This document shows positions 44,794 through 53,458 of a stretch of 55,864 nt of DNA, piece by piece (the first letter of the stretch is position 1; each line of letters begins with the position of its first letter). The translations under genes were made by a program, and so were the position numbers. The DNA is from a virus (taxonomy: Duplodnaviria; Caudoviricetes): positions 1 to 55,864 of the IMG/VR virus record IMGVR_UViG_3300018063_000005; one strand, written 5' to 3'. The notes beneath the pieces were generated by a model. The model saw nothing but the letters and a program-made list of their open reading frames with translations, was not told where the DNA came from and ran no database searches.

Positions 44794-45048
44794 TCAGCGC
44801 CGCGCCGGCAGGGAGTAGAAGGCCTCGCGCCCGCGCTCCTCGCGCTCGAGCGGGAGACCCGCGTCGGCGATGGCGCCGAGGATCCGCTGCGCGGTGCGGA
44901 GCGAGACCCCGAGATCGTCTGCGAGCTCGCCGCGACGGCGGGGCGCCTCTCCGAGCAGCCGGATCGCAACGAGCCCCTGGCGGAGGATGTCGCCGCGCGG
45001 GCGCGGGCCGGGAGGCGTCGCGCGCGCGGGCGTGGTGCGGCGAGGCAC
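44794..45048 (-). CDS. stand-alone HTH_11 winged-helix protein (WYL-regulator N-terminus-like)
   Basis: ELADDLGVSLRTAQRILGAIADAGLPL. Confidence 0.75.
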   Translation of the reverse strand: MPRRTTPARATPPGPRPRGDILRQGLVAIRLLGEAPRRRGELADDLGVSLRTAQRILGAIADAGLPLEREERGREAFYSLPARR

Positions 45049-45321
45049 CTACTCCTCCTCGTCGGCCAGCGTCACACCGGAGCGCGAGACGGAGAGGAGC
45101 CGTGAGGGCGCGCCGCCGATGGAGCCGATCATCTCGGCCGCGGCGGCGGAGCAGGGGACTGTCGCGAGGCCCTGGCGCTCGTCCGCGGGGACGCCGGCGC
45201 GCTCGAACTCGCGGGCGGCGTCGGCTTCCGCCTCGGCCGGCGTGGTGCCGATGCCGTAGACGGTGGCGGTCTCGAGCTGGACGGCGGCGTAATGGGTCGT
45301 GGTCGTCATGGCGGCGGTCAT
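45049..45321 (-). CDS. hypothetical protein, first gene of attP-adjacent cassette
   Basis: AGGAG RBS; VYGIGTTPAEAEADA motif. Confidence 0.65.
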   Translation of the reverse strand: MTAAMTTTTHYAAVQLETATVYGIGTTPAEAEADAAREFERAGVPADERQGLATVPCSAAAAEMIGSIGGAPSRLLSVSRSGVTLADEEE

Positions 45322-45372
45322 CGATTCGCTCCTGGCTGGCGTCCGGCTCCAATGCCGTCCGTCGATGGAGAG

Positions 45373-45401
45373 AAAATAGGACGACCACGGACCCGGGTCA
45401 A
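45373..45401 (-). promoter_or_regulatory. sigma70-like promoter of the attP-adjacent cassette
   Basis: TTGACC(45401-45396)-17 bp-TATTTT(45378-45373). Confidence 0.6.
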
Positions 45402-45515
45402 GTACGGGCCCGTGTGTCTGATGGGGCTGCGCGGGCGAGCGCGTGCCCTGCGCCTGCCCTGCAGCCGGGTCCCTCGGACATCCCAGCGGGCCACCGGTGC
45501 ACGCCGCGCGGTTGC

Positions 45516-46907
45516 TCAGGTGCCGTGCTTTCGCAGGGATGCGCTGGGGGGCGACCGCTGCACACCCCGGGCACCGAGTTCACACGGCTGGGGTCGCAGG
45601 TTCGAAACCTGCAGCGCCCACTCGGAAGGGCCGGACGTCTCAGGGGTTTTCTGAGGCTCCGGCCCTTCCGCTTTCCCGACCCCCATCACCTGCCCTACGC
45701 CTGCCCCACGACGGCGGCGCCCGCCCTCGGTCGGCTGCACCAGCTCGAGCGCGTCGCGCAGGTCCTCGACGACCATGTGGCCGTAGAGGTCGACGGTGGT
45801 CGAGACCTGAGCGTGCCGGAGGATCCGCTGGACGTGCTGCGGCGGGACGCCCTTGCGCAGGAGGATCGTCGCCGTCGAGTGCCGCAGGTCGTGGAACCGC
45901 ATCGGCCGGGGCAGCGCGCGCGCCCAGAGCCGCATCCCGCACGTCGAGCAGATCGAGTCCGCCGCGGGCTTCGCCGAGCTCCACGCGGTGTGCCCCGGGC
46001 GGCCCGCCCCCTTGCAGCGACGACAGACGAGCTCGTACCCGACCACCATGCCGGCCCGCGCGAGCGCCCGCCGAAGGACCTTCTGCGGGTCCGCCTCCTT
46101 CGTCCGCATCTGGCCCTTGCGTCCGGGGAAGACGAGCTCGCCGGGCGCGTGCTCGAGCGCCCACGCGAAGTAGGGCACCAGGTCCTGCGGGATGGGGAGG
46201 ATCGCGTCGTGCCGCGCCTTCGTGAGGTCGACGTTGAACGACCACCGTACGCGCACCAGGCGCGACTCGAGGTCGACGTCCGCCTTGCGCAGCCCGAGGA
46301 TCTCGCCCTTGCGGAGAGCGAGGAAGGCGGCTGTCGCGTGCTCGCCGCGCCACGCGCGCGGGACGAACGGGAGCAGCCGCTCCACCTCCTCGGCCGAGAG
46401 GACCTCGTAGGTGCGCTTCGGCACGCGCCGCGGCTCGACGAGCTCCACCGGGTTCGGGCCGATCCAGATCTTCGCCTGCGTCGCGCGGTGGATGACGGTC
46501 GAGAGGACGCTGCGGACCTTGTTCACCGACGCCGGCGACGCGCCCTCCTTGCGCTCGAGCTCGTAGAGGCGGGCGTCGATCGCGGCCGAGTCGACGTGCG
46601 CGAGGCGCAGCTCGCCGAGCTTCGTCCGGAGCACGTGCTTCCCGAGGCGCTTGGTCTCGTCGTAGCGGGTCGCCGGCGGGCAGCGGTTGTCGAGCCACCA
46701 GGTGCAGAGCTCGCCGAACGTCATGGAGGCGTCGGCGGGGAGCGGCTCGAGGCCCAGGCGCTGGCGTTCGACCTTCCGCTCGAGCTCGCGGCAGAGGCGG
46801 TCGGCCTCGCGCTTCGTCGTCGCGGTGCTGGCGGTCTCCTGCCACGCGCCGAGGGCGTCCTTCCAGCGGACCGACCAGGTCTTGCCGCGGAGCCGCGCGT
46901 AGGCCAT
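45516..46907 (-). CDS. int: tyrosine integrase
   Basis: LRKGE, TKAR, HDLRH, LRHA, LYGH catalytic set; next to xis and attP. Confidence 0.95.
   Translation of the reverse strand: MAYARLRGKTWSVRWKDALGAWQETASTATTKREADRLCRELERKVERQRLGLEPLPADASMTFGELCTWWLDNRCPPATRYDETKRLGKHVLRTKLGELRLAHVDSAAIDARLYELERKEGASPASVNKVRSVLSTVIHRATQAKIWIGPNPVELVEPRRVPKRTYEVLSAEEVERLLPFVPRAWRGEHATAAFLALRKGEILGLRKADVDLESRLVRVRWSFNVDLTKARHDAILPIPQDLVPYFAWALEHAPGELVFPGRKGQMRTKEADPQKVLRRALARAGMVVGYELVCRRCKGAGRPGHTAWSSAKPAADSICSTCGMRLWARALPRPMRFHDLRHSTATILLRKGVPPQHVQRILRHAQVSTTVDLYGHMVVEDLRDALELVQPTEGGRRRRGAGVGQVMGVGKAEGPEPQKTPETSGPSEWALQVSNLRPQPCELGARGVQRSPPSASLRKHGT
45579..45621 (+). other. attP core: 3' half of a tRNA-Val(CAC)
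   Basis: TTCACAC anticodon loop, variable loop, GCAGG-TTCGAAA-CCTGC T arm, acceptor strand AGCGCCCA; no 5' half present. Confidence 0.85.
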
Positions 46908-46942
46908 GAGGAGCGGAGCCTTCCTTCACCCGGAAGCAAACG

Positions 46943-47179
46943 TCAAGGCTTGACGGAGACGAGGACGCGCCCGGGCTTCCGCTTCAGCTTCTCCTTCAGC
47001 GCGCGGATGTCGGCGGGGTCGTAGCGGCGCATGCCGAAGAGGTCGACCGTCGGGATGAGGCCGGCGCTCGTCTTCGTGTAGACCCAACGCCGCGAGGCCT
47101 TCAGGTAGCGGGCCACGTCGGCCGCGGTCCAGAGCTCCTCGTCGGGCGAGGGCGCCATCACGTTGGTCGAGTCGTTCAT
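46943..47179 (-). CDS. xis: excisionase (HTH_17)
   Basis: LWTAADVARYLKASRRWVY...RRYDPADI directly upstream of int. Confidence 0.8.
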   Translation of the reverse strand: MNDSTNVMAPSPDEELWTAADVARYLKASRRWVYTKTSAGLIPTVDLFGMRRYDPADIRALKEKLKRKPGRVLVSVKP

Positions 47180-47436
47180 ACGGCGCTCTCCTCCATCCGC
47201 CGGAACGACGCGGCGCGCTCGTCGCCCGGCTTCGCGCGGCAGCGTTTGCACCAGGGGCAGTTGCGGATCTGGCCGTTGCCCATGCGCCGCAGGCCGAACT
47301 GCGCGAGCGGCGCCGACCTCCCGCACGCCGGGCAGGTCAGCGTGATGAAGACCTCGCGCCCCTCGGTGTCGAAGACGCGGGCCGGCCGGGGCGCGCGCGG
47401 CCGGCGCTCCTTCGGGAAGAGGGCGAGGTCCGTCAC
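47176..47436 (-). CDS. small Zn-finger protein
   Basis: CPAC...WCKRC; coupled overlaps. Confidence 0.6.
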   Translation of the reverse strand: MTDLALFPKERRPRAPRPARVFDTEGREVFITLTCPACGRSAPLAQFGLRRMGNGQIRNCPWCKRCRAKPGDERAASFRRMEESAV

Positions 47437-47813
47437 GCGGACGCTTCCTTTCGGACGCCGACCAGGGCGGCGAGATGCTCGAGCCGCGCGAGCGCCTCGG
47501 CGTCCGGCTGGCCCGGCGCGAGGACCTGGCGGACGGCGCGCTCGAGCGAGTGGAGCCGCTCGACGATGGTCGGAGCCATCGGCCCGCCCGCGCGCTCCGC
47601 CTTCAGGTTGGCGACGAGCTCCTCGAGGGCCTCGATCATCGAGTCGCGCTCGGCGGTCGACAGGTACGCGATGCCGCCGCGCTCGCCGTACCCGAAGACG
47701 AGCAGGGTCATGCCGGTTCCGGGCGGGAGGTGCTCGGCGAGGAGCGGCTTCAGCGCGCCGGCGACGCGCTGGGCGGCGGCCTCGAGCGCGGGGTGGTCGC
47801 TGCGGGTTGTCAC
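47433..47813 (-). CDS. hypothetical protein
   Basis: GGAGG-GTG start; LLVFGYGE...YLSTAER conserved-looking core. Confidence 0.65.
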   Translation of the reverse strand: MTTRSDHPALEAAAQRVAGALKPLLAEHLPPGTGMTLLVFGYGERGGIAYLSTAERDSMIEALEELVANLKAERAGGPMAPTIVERLHSLERAVRQVLAPGQPDAEALARLEHLAALVGVRKEASA

Positions 47814-48089
47814 CTCCGAGCCTCCCGCGTCCACGCGCGGTACTCCGCGAGCACGCCCAGGACGTAGCCGCGCTCGAACGGCGTGAGCGGCGCCAGGGCG
47901 GCGTCGGTGGTCTTCGGCGGCGGGGAGTACTCGGCGACCTTCTCGAGAGCGGAGAGGACGCGCCGGGGGTCGCACTGCTCCGGCATCGGGTCCTTCGTGA
48001 CGAAGCCCGGTGTGGCGGAACCGCTCCGCCGAGGGCGCCGCGGTAGGCGCGAGGTCGTCGTACATGTGAATGCGGCCGGTCGAGTCCAT
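47810..48089 (-). pseudogene. frameshifted small gene
   Basis: GC3-biased frame changes around 48050-48005; final frame ends with TGA coupled to next GTG. Confidence 0.5.
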
Positions 48090-48104
48090 GGTGGTGCCCT
48101 TTCC

Positions 48105-48443
48105 TCAGTGCTTCGTGGTGTCGCGGCGGATCGGGATGACCGTGGCGACGCTCTCGAGGACGCGGCGGAGGTCCTCGGGCGAGTGGAGCGTGGCGATGTG
48201 GAGCGCGCGCGGCGAGAGGACCGCGGACGCGAGCGGCGCGGGGAGGAGCGCTCGCACGCGCATCTCGAGCGTGTGGCGGGCGGTCATCGCCTCCGCGGCC
48301 TTCTGCGCGAGCTCGGCGCCGTGTACGCGTTCGCGGGCGAGCAGCTCCTCCGCGTCGGCGAGGCGGCGCCAGAGGACGGCGGCGGTCCAGATCGCGGAGA
48401 GGAGGAGGCAGGCGGCGAGCCAGCCGACGATCCAGAGCATCAC
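48105..48443 (-). CDS. membrane-anchored hypothetical protein
   Basis: N-terminal TM helix plus coiled coil. Confidence 0.6.
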   Translation of the reverse strand: MMLWIVGWLAACLLLSAIWTAAVLWRRLADAEELLARERVHGAELAQKAAEAMTARHTLEMRVRALLPAPLASAVLSPRALHIATLHSPEDLRRVLESVATVIPIRRDTTKH

Positions 48444-49363
48444 GGGGACGCCTCACGGGTCGGCGCGCGGGCCGTGTCCGGTCCGACCATGTCGGCCGGC
48501 GCTGGCGCGGGCGTGCAGATCGCCTCCGTGTGCAGCACGCCGTCCTGCCAGCACCAGCAGCCCGGGTTCATCTTCGCCAGCAGGCCGCAGCGGCAACGGG
48601 GCGCGTCCTGGTGGTCCCTCGCGTCCGAGGGGGCGTGGTCGGCGCAGGCGTCCTCCTCGTAGCGACAGGCGCAGCATCGACCGTCGGCGCCCACGAAGTC
48701 CCCGGGCTCCCCCGGCCTCGCGTCCGAGGGGGCGGCGAGGGCGCGGCGCAGGGCCTTGTGCTCGGGGCTCTCCCGCTGCTCGCGCGGCAGGAGGCGCTGC
48801 CCCGGGGACGACGGCGCGTTGTCGAGCGCGTCCTGTAGCCGGTCGAGCTTCGTGAGCATCGCCCGCGCGGACTCCTCGATCGCCCTCGCCCTCTCGTCCC
48901 CCGTCCCCGTCGCGGGAGCGGCGCGCTGGTAGCGGTTGCCGTGGCTCCACGCCTCCACCAGCCACCGGCGCACCGCCGGGTCGGCCTTCATGTCGAGGCC
49001 GAGTTCTTCCATGAGGGCGTCCGCGAACGCATAGACGGCCTCTCTCGGCTGCTTTTCGGGCGTCGCGGGGGCCGCTCCCGCGAGGCGGCGCACCGCGGAG
49101 AGGAGGGCGGCGCGGGCGGTCTTCCTTTCCTGCCACGTTCCGCGCCCTGAGTGCGTCACACACCGTTCTAGCCGCAGTAGCTCGTCGATCAGCTCCTCCA
49201 CCTCCGCGAGGTCGGGCGGGGGAGCGGCCCGGGAGGCGCGGACGGCTGTGACGACCTCTCCCGCGCAGGCGAGGATGTCGGCCCCACGGTCCTCGCTGGG
49301 CAGTCGCGCACGGGTGAAGGCGTTCTCCAAGTGGGCCAGCGCGTCGTTGAGTCGGGTCGTCAT
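48440..49363 (-). CDS. mosaic hypothetical early protein
   Basis: short domains joined by Ala/Pro linkers; Cys clusters. Confidence 0.6.
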   Translation of the reverse strand: MTTRLNDALAHLENAFTRARLPSEDRGADILACAGEVVTAVRASRAAPPPDLAEVEELIDELLRLERCVTHSGRGTWQERKTARAALLSAVRRLAGAAPATPEKQPREAVYAFADALMEELGLDMKADPAVRRWLVEAWSHGNRYQRAAPATGTGDERARAIEESARAMLTKLDRLQDALDNAPSSPGQRLLPREQRESPEHKALRRALAAPSDARPGEPGDFVGADGRCCACRYEEDACADHAPSDARDHQDAPRCRCGLLAKMNPGCWCWQDGVLHTEAICTPAPAPADMVGPDTARAPTREASP

Positions 49364-49393
49364 CGGGTCGGCTCCTTCTCCGAGGTCATCGTG

Positions 49394-49594
49394 TCAGCCA
49401 CGCGCGGGGGTGCGAACGGTGTCGAGCCATCGCCGGATCTGGAAATTGAAGAAGCGGTGCGCCTTCTCGTGGGCTTCGCGCTCCTCGGCAGTCAGGATGG
49501 TGCTTCCGCCACCCCCGTCGCCGTGTTCAGGGGCCCGATCCACGAATGCCAGCAGCCGATCGAAATCGTCGTCTTGCAGCAGGTAGACCTTCAC
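49394..49594 (-). CDS. hypothetical protein
   Basis: AAGGAGG RBS, coupled GTG. Confidence 0.6.
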   Translation of the reverse strand: MKVYLLQDDDFDRLLAFVDRAPEHGDGGGGSTILTAEEREAHEKAHRFFNFQIRRWLDTVRTPARG

Positions 49595-49839
49595 ATCTCC
49601 TCCTTCGTTGCGTTGGCGGCCGTCTCGCTCTCCGGCGCGGGGGCGCGGGCGAGCGCTGAGACGAAACTCTGGCACTCGCACCCCAGGTAACCGCACGTCG
49701 AGCCCCCGGCCTCCCCGTGACGGTGCATGGCATGGCCGCAGCAGCACGGGTGCCGGACGCCTCTCACCCAGGCCGTGATCCCGGGGCCGTTCGCTCCGCT
49801 GAGTGTCGCCAGTTCCTCTTCGGTCGGAATCTCGCTCAC
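49591..49839 (-). CDS. small Cys/His-rich protein
   Basis: CCCGH...H...C...CEC; coupled overlaps. Confidence 0.55.
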   Translation of the reverse strand: MSEIPTEEELATLSGANGPGITAWVRGVRHPCCCGHAMHRHGEAGGSTCGYLGCECQSFVSALARAPAPESETAANATKEEM

Positions 49840-50489
49840 GACTTCGCTCCCGTCTCGCTCTCGGGCGCGGACGAGGGGGCAGGGGAGGGAGAGCGGCGGT
49901 CGGACTTCGCGCAGAACGCCGGGGTACACCGCTGGTAGTGGCCAGGGCGCAGCGACCACCCGGCGAAGCCACACACCGGGCACAGCCACGTGTGCGTCCC
50001 GTCCTCGGGTCGCGTCTCGGGGGCGGGGGCGGGCGGGACGACCTCGACCCGAGAGAGCAGCAGCGCCGCGGTGTTCTCGAAGGCCCGCTGGAGAACGGCC
50101 GGATCGAGCGTGAGCGGGCGGACAGAACCGGACCGCGCCATCCCGGCCATGGTGCAGTCGGTGATGAAGTCGAGCACGTCGATCAGGTTCACGTCGGCGG
50201 GGATGCCGTCCGCTTCGGTGAGGTGGTGGCGGTTCACCTTCCGGTGGTTGTCCCACCAGCCGGTCTGCTTGAAGCCCGTTCGGAAGTCCGCGTGGAAGGC
50301 GTCGATCGCGGTGACCTTGTCGTGGTCGTGGCGAAGCCCCGCCTCGCCCAACATCTCGGCGAAGAAGGCGAGGCCCGCGCGGATGTCGCGGATGTGCTGC
50401 TCGCTGCTGGCGAGGAGCGTCTCCCTGGTCACCTTCGACCAGTCGCAGGTGCGGGTGTCGGCGGTGGGGCTCGGGTGGATCTTGATCAT
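49836..50489 (-). CDS. HD-fold (DUF5662-like) phosphohydrolase
   Basis: H...HDHDK...NHRKVNRHH...DVLDFITDC metal-ligand pattern. Confidence 0.7.
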   Translation of the reverse strand: MIKIHPSPTADTRTCDWSKVTRETLLASSEQHIRDIRAGLAFFAEMLGEAGLRHDHDKVTAIDAFHADFRTGFKQTGWWDNHRKVNRHHLTEADGIPADVNLIDVLDFITDCTMAGMARSGSVRPLTLDPAVLQRAFENTAALLLSRVEVVPPAPAPETRPEDGTHTWLCPVCGFAGWSLRPGHYQRCTPAFCAKSDRRSPSPAPSSAPESETGAKS

Positions 50490-51319
50490 CGGTCGTTCTC
50501 CTTGGGGTCGGGGCGCGGGGACGCGAGGGCGGCGCGGCGCTTGCGGGCGAGGGCCGGCTCAAGGCACTCCGTCGGCGAGTGGTACTCAAGCCTCGGGTCG
50601 GGCGTCCCCCCGTTCAGCCACGCGCAGGGGCACGGGTCATACGCGCGACCGATGAACGTCGTCCCCGACTCACGGGCCGCCTTGTCGATGCTGGCTTGGG
50701 AGGCATCGAGCATCTCGCGCACCTCGGCCGCCGCCGCCCGGAGCGCCTCCTCTCGCGGCGCGACGGGGGACGGGGAGGGCGCGGCGCTCGCGGCCAGGGC
50801 GCGGTCGCGTTCGGTGAATGCGTCGTCACAGAGAACGTCGGCCTCGGCGTCTGCCTGCCGCGCTCGCTCCTCCGCGGCCCGCCGCTGCTCGACGAGCTCG
50901 GTGTTCCTGCCCTGGAGGTCGTCCCGCTGCCAGCGCAGGTGCGCGACCTCCTGCTCCGCCGCGAGCCGCGCCTCCCGCTCCTCGCGGGCTGCCTTCTCGG
51001 CGACGGCGAGGCGGTCCCCGGACGCCGACACGCGGACCGCCTCCTCGCGCTGCAGCTCGCGGTAGCGCGCCAGCCCGGCGTTGATCGCGTTGAGGTTCTC
51101 CTCCGGTGCGGGCACCGCGCGCAGCGTCGCCGGCGCGCCCTCGCGCTCGCCCTCGGTTACCTCGATCCGGAGCGTCGCGGCCCGGTGCTCCGACACCACC
51201 ACGACGAGCGCGTTGCCGCGCAGGTGCCAGCGGAACCCGGCCGCGCGCGCGACGTCGCGCAGGATCGCGTCGAGCGCACGATCCGCCGTCTCGATGTAGA
51301 CCTCGCGTTCAGCGGCCAT
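50486..51319 (-). CDS. coiled-coil hypothetical protein
   Basis: codon bias, overlaps. Confidence 0.6.
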   Translation of the reverse strand: MAAEREVYIETADRALDAILRDVARAAGFRWHLRGNALVVVVSEHRAATLRIEVTEGEREGAPATLRAVPAPEENLNAINAGLARYRELQREEAVRVSASGDRLAVAEKAAREEREARLAAEQEVAHLRWQRDDLQGRNTELVEQRRAAEERARQADAEADVLCDDAFTERDRALAASAAPSPSPVAPREEALRAAAAEVREMLDASQASIDKAARESGTTFIGRAYDPCPCAWLNGGTPDPRLEYHSPTECLEPALARKRRAALASPRPDPKENDR

Positions 51320-51533
51320 GGCGGAGGTCCTCGTCGGTCGGGGTGGTGAGGTTGACGCCGGCGGCGCGCTCCGCCTCATCGAGCTCGTACAGCGCGCAGG
51401 TCAGCGCGGTCGTGCCGGCGTGGCACCGCGCTTCGAGGTGCGCGCGCGCCATCTGGGCGACCTTCAGCAGCGCGCCCATCAGACGGCCGTCGCGGTACGC
51501 GCGCTCGGCCGGGGAGAGAGGCTCAGCGGGCAT
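51309..51533 (-). CDS. hypothetical protein
   Basis: RBS AAGGGG, overlaps. Confidence 0.5.
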   Translation of the reverse strand: MPAEPLSPAERAYRDGRLMGALLKVAQMARAHLEARCHAGTTALTCALYELDEAERAAGVNLTTPTDEDLRHGR

Positions 51534-51900
51534 CGGGGTTCCCCTTCCGCTCCCGCGGCTCGACGAGCTTCCAGACGGCCTCGCAGAGGGCGCAGGAGCA
51601 CGGCCGGGTGAGGTGGTGCCCGTCCGCCTGGAGGTACGCCACGCGCGAGACCTCGAGCAGCCGCCGGAGCTCCTCGGCGGCGATCCGGAGCACCTGGGCA
51701 TCGCCGGCCTGGGTCTGCGCCGGTCGCGCGCGGTTCTTCGCGCGGAGGTCGGCGACCAGCGCGACGAGCACGGGCGCGAACCGCTGCGCGCGCTTGAGCT
51801 GGTCGATCACGTTGCGCCTCGTCGGCCCGGCGAGCGTGATGGTCCGCTTCCGCTTCGGGGCGGCCTTCCCCTCGGCCATGATCGTGTCGATCGATCTCAC
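51523..51900 (-). CDS. hypothetical protein sharing a module with gene 11765-11965
   Basis: TITLAGPTRR module; C-terminal H..CSC..C. Confidence 0.55.
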   Translation of the reverse strand: MRSIDTIMAEGKAAPKRKRTITLAGPTRRNVIDQLKRAQRFAPVLVALVADLRAKNRARPAQTQAGDAQVLRIAAEELRRLLEVSRVAYLQADGHHLTRPCSCALCEAVWKLVEPRERKGNPDAR

Positions 51901-52109
51901 CAGTTGCCTCCCATCGTTTCCGCCTCGCCGAACGTGCACGGGCCGCAGAGCCCGGTGATCGGCATCACGGGCGTCGCGCCGCACGTGATGCACTTCATCG
52001 ACCAGTTGGGCTCGACGTCGGCCGAGCATGTCGGGTGGTCCTTCGCCGCCGGCCGCGCGAGCTCGCGCGCGACGTCCTCCCGCGTCGGCGAGCGCACCGT
52101 CTTACCCAC
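51897..52109 (-). CDS. small Zn-finger protein
   Basis: CITC...CGPC. Confidence 0.6.
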   Translation of the reverse strand: MGKTVRSPTREDVARELARPAAKDHPTCSADVEPNWSMKCITCGATPVMPITGLCGPCTFGEAETMGGNW

Positions 52110-52971
52110 GGGTCACCTCCGGAAACTGCTGCATGCGCAGGTCGGCCGGCCACTCCGCCGGTTCGCCGCCCTTCGGATCGGTCTGCGCGAGCACCTCGAG
52201 GCCCGCGGGCGTACGGCCGCGCTTCCCCACGCTGGCGCTGAGGAGCGGCGTGGGGCGCGCCGCGCGCCAGGCTGCCTCGGTCATCACCGGCACTGCGCCG
52301 AGCTGCTTCACGAACACCGCTACGTCGGCGTGGCAGCACTGGTCGACGAGCTCGCGGATCCACGCGACGTCGCACGGCCGCGCTCGGTCCCCGCTCTCGC
52401 CGCCGACGATCACCCAGTGGAGGAGTCCGATCCGCGCCCGACCGCGCGCGCCGAGATCCGCGATGAGCCAGGGTGAGAGGTCCACCGGCCCGAGCAGCGG
52501 CTCGGCCGAGACGAACCGAGCTGTCGCCGGGGCCTCGATGAGGGGCGGGAGACGCTTGAACGCGGCCTCCTGGTTTTCCACGCTCACGCCGAGCCACACG
52601 TTCGGCCAGCCCGCGCCCCAGTCCGCCGGCAGCGCGGCCGCGATCCGCTCCGGGCGCTTCGTGAGGATCTGGTACGTGAGGTGCGGCGTCCGCCGGATGA
52701 TGTCCCACGCGTCCGCGCGCCAGGCGTCGGCCTCCTCGATGAAGAAGTCCGACCAGGAGCACGTGAAGACGCGCGCGGGCTCGGCCCACTTCTTCGACAG
52801 AGGCGCGTTGAAGGTCGGCGGCTTCGAGCGGACCACCTCGTTCGGTCGCTGCCCGTAGCGGATCTTCTCTGAGTACATGTAGCAATTGGCGCAGCCGGCG
52901 GAGACCTTGTGGCAGCCCTGCCACGGGTTCCAGCTATGGTCACACCAAGAGATTGCGGTCTTCTCACCCAT
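52102..52971 (-). CDS. DUF5131 (phage gp37/gp68, radical-SAM-like) protein
   Basis: WNPWQGCHKVSAGCANCY, SWSDFF, LTKRPER, SAEPLLG, WVIVGGESG, FVKQLG. Confidence 0.93.
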   Translation of the reverse strand: MGEKTAISWCDHSWNPWQGCHKVSAGCANCYMYSEKIRYGQRPNEVVRSKPPTFNAPLSKKWAEPARVFTCSWSDFFIEEADAWRADAWDIIRRTPHLTYQILTKRPERIAAALPADWGAGWPNVWLGVSVENQEAAFKRLPPLIEAPATARFVSAEPLLGPVDLSPWLIADLGARGRARIGLLHWVIVGGESGDRARPCDVAWIRELVDQCCHADVAVFVKQLGAVPVMTEAAWRAARPTPLLSASVGKRGRTPAGLEVLAQTDPKGGEPAEWPADLRMQQFPEVTRG

Positions 52972-53458
52972 GGAGCTTCGCCTCGCCGTACTTCGCCGTG
53001 AGGGTCGCGACCGCGCACGCCGCGTCGAACTTCTTCGCGATCAGAAGCGGGCATAGCGCACGGCAGAGAGCGAAGACGTCCCTCGCCCCGGAGACTCGCC
53101 ACGCCCAGCACGGACGGCGACCCCGTTTGTCGTGGGCCGCCGCGTGCCCGCCGACGTTACCGATCAGCCACCGGATGATCCCCGCGTCCGTGTTGTAGAC
53201 CGCGACGAATGGCCGGCCGCGCCGAGCGCGGATGCTCCCCTCGCCGTCTACGAGGCCCGCCAGGTAGCCGAGATCGACGCCGTCCGGGATCCTGACGGAG
53301 ACGCGCGAGATGTCGTACTCGCGGGTCTCGTTCGCGACGCGCAGTATCCCGGCGAGCTTCGCCTTGGTCTCGAGCGTATGCTTCCGCCCGAACATCGGGT
53401 TGAGAGCGCCGCTCCGCATTGTGGAAAGTTTTCGCTTCGTCGCTTCGGTGTGCCTCAC
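52964..53458 (-). CDS. LAGLIDADG homing endonuclease with NUMOD3 motifs
   Basis: HTEATKRKLS and NPMFGRKHTLETKAKL (NUMOD3); YLAGLVDGEGSI; PLLIAKK. Confidence 0.88.
   Translation of the reverse strand: MRHTEATKRKLSTMRSGALNPMFGRKHTLETKAKLAGILRVANETREYDISRVSVRIPDGVDLGYLAGLVDGEGSIRARRGRPFVAVYNTDAGIIRWLIGNVGGHAAAHDKRGRRPCWAWRVSGARDVFALCRALCPLLIAKKFDAACAVATLTAKYGEAKLHG

Noticed and set aside
45579-45621. Functional phage tRNA gene
   Set aside because: Only anticodon loop to acceptor 3' strand is present; no D arm or 5' acceptor strand
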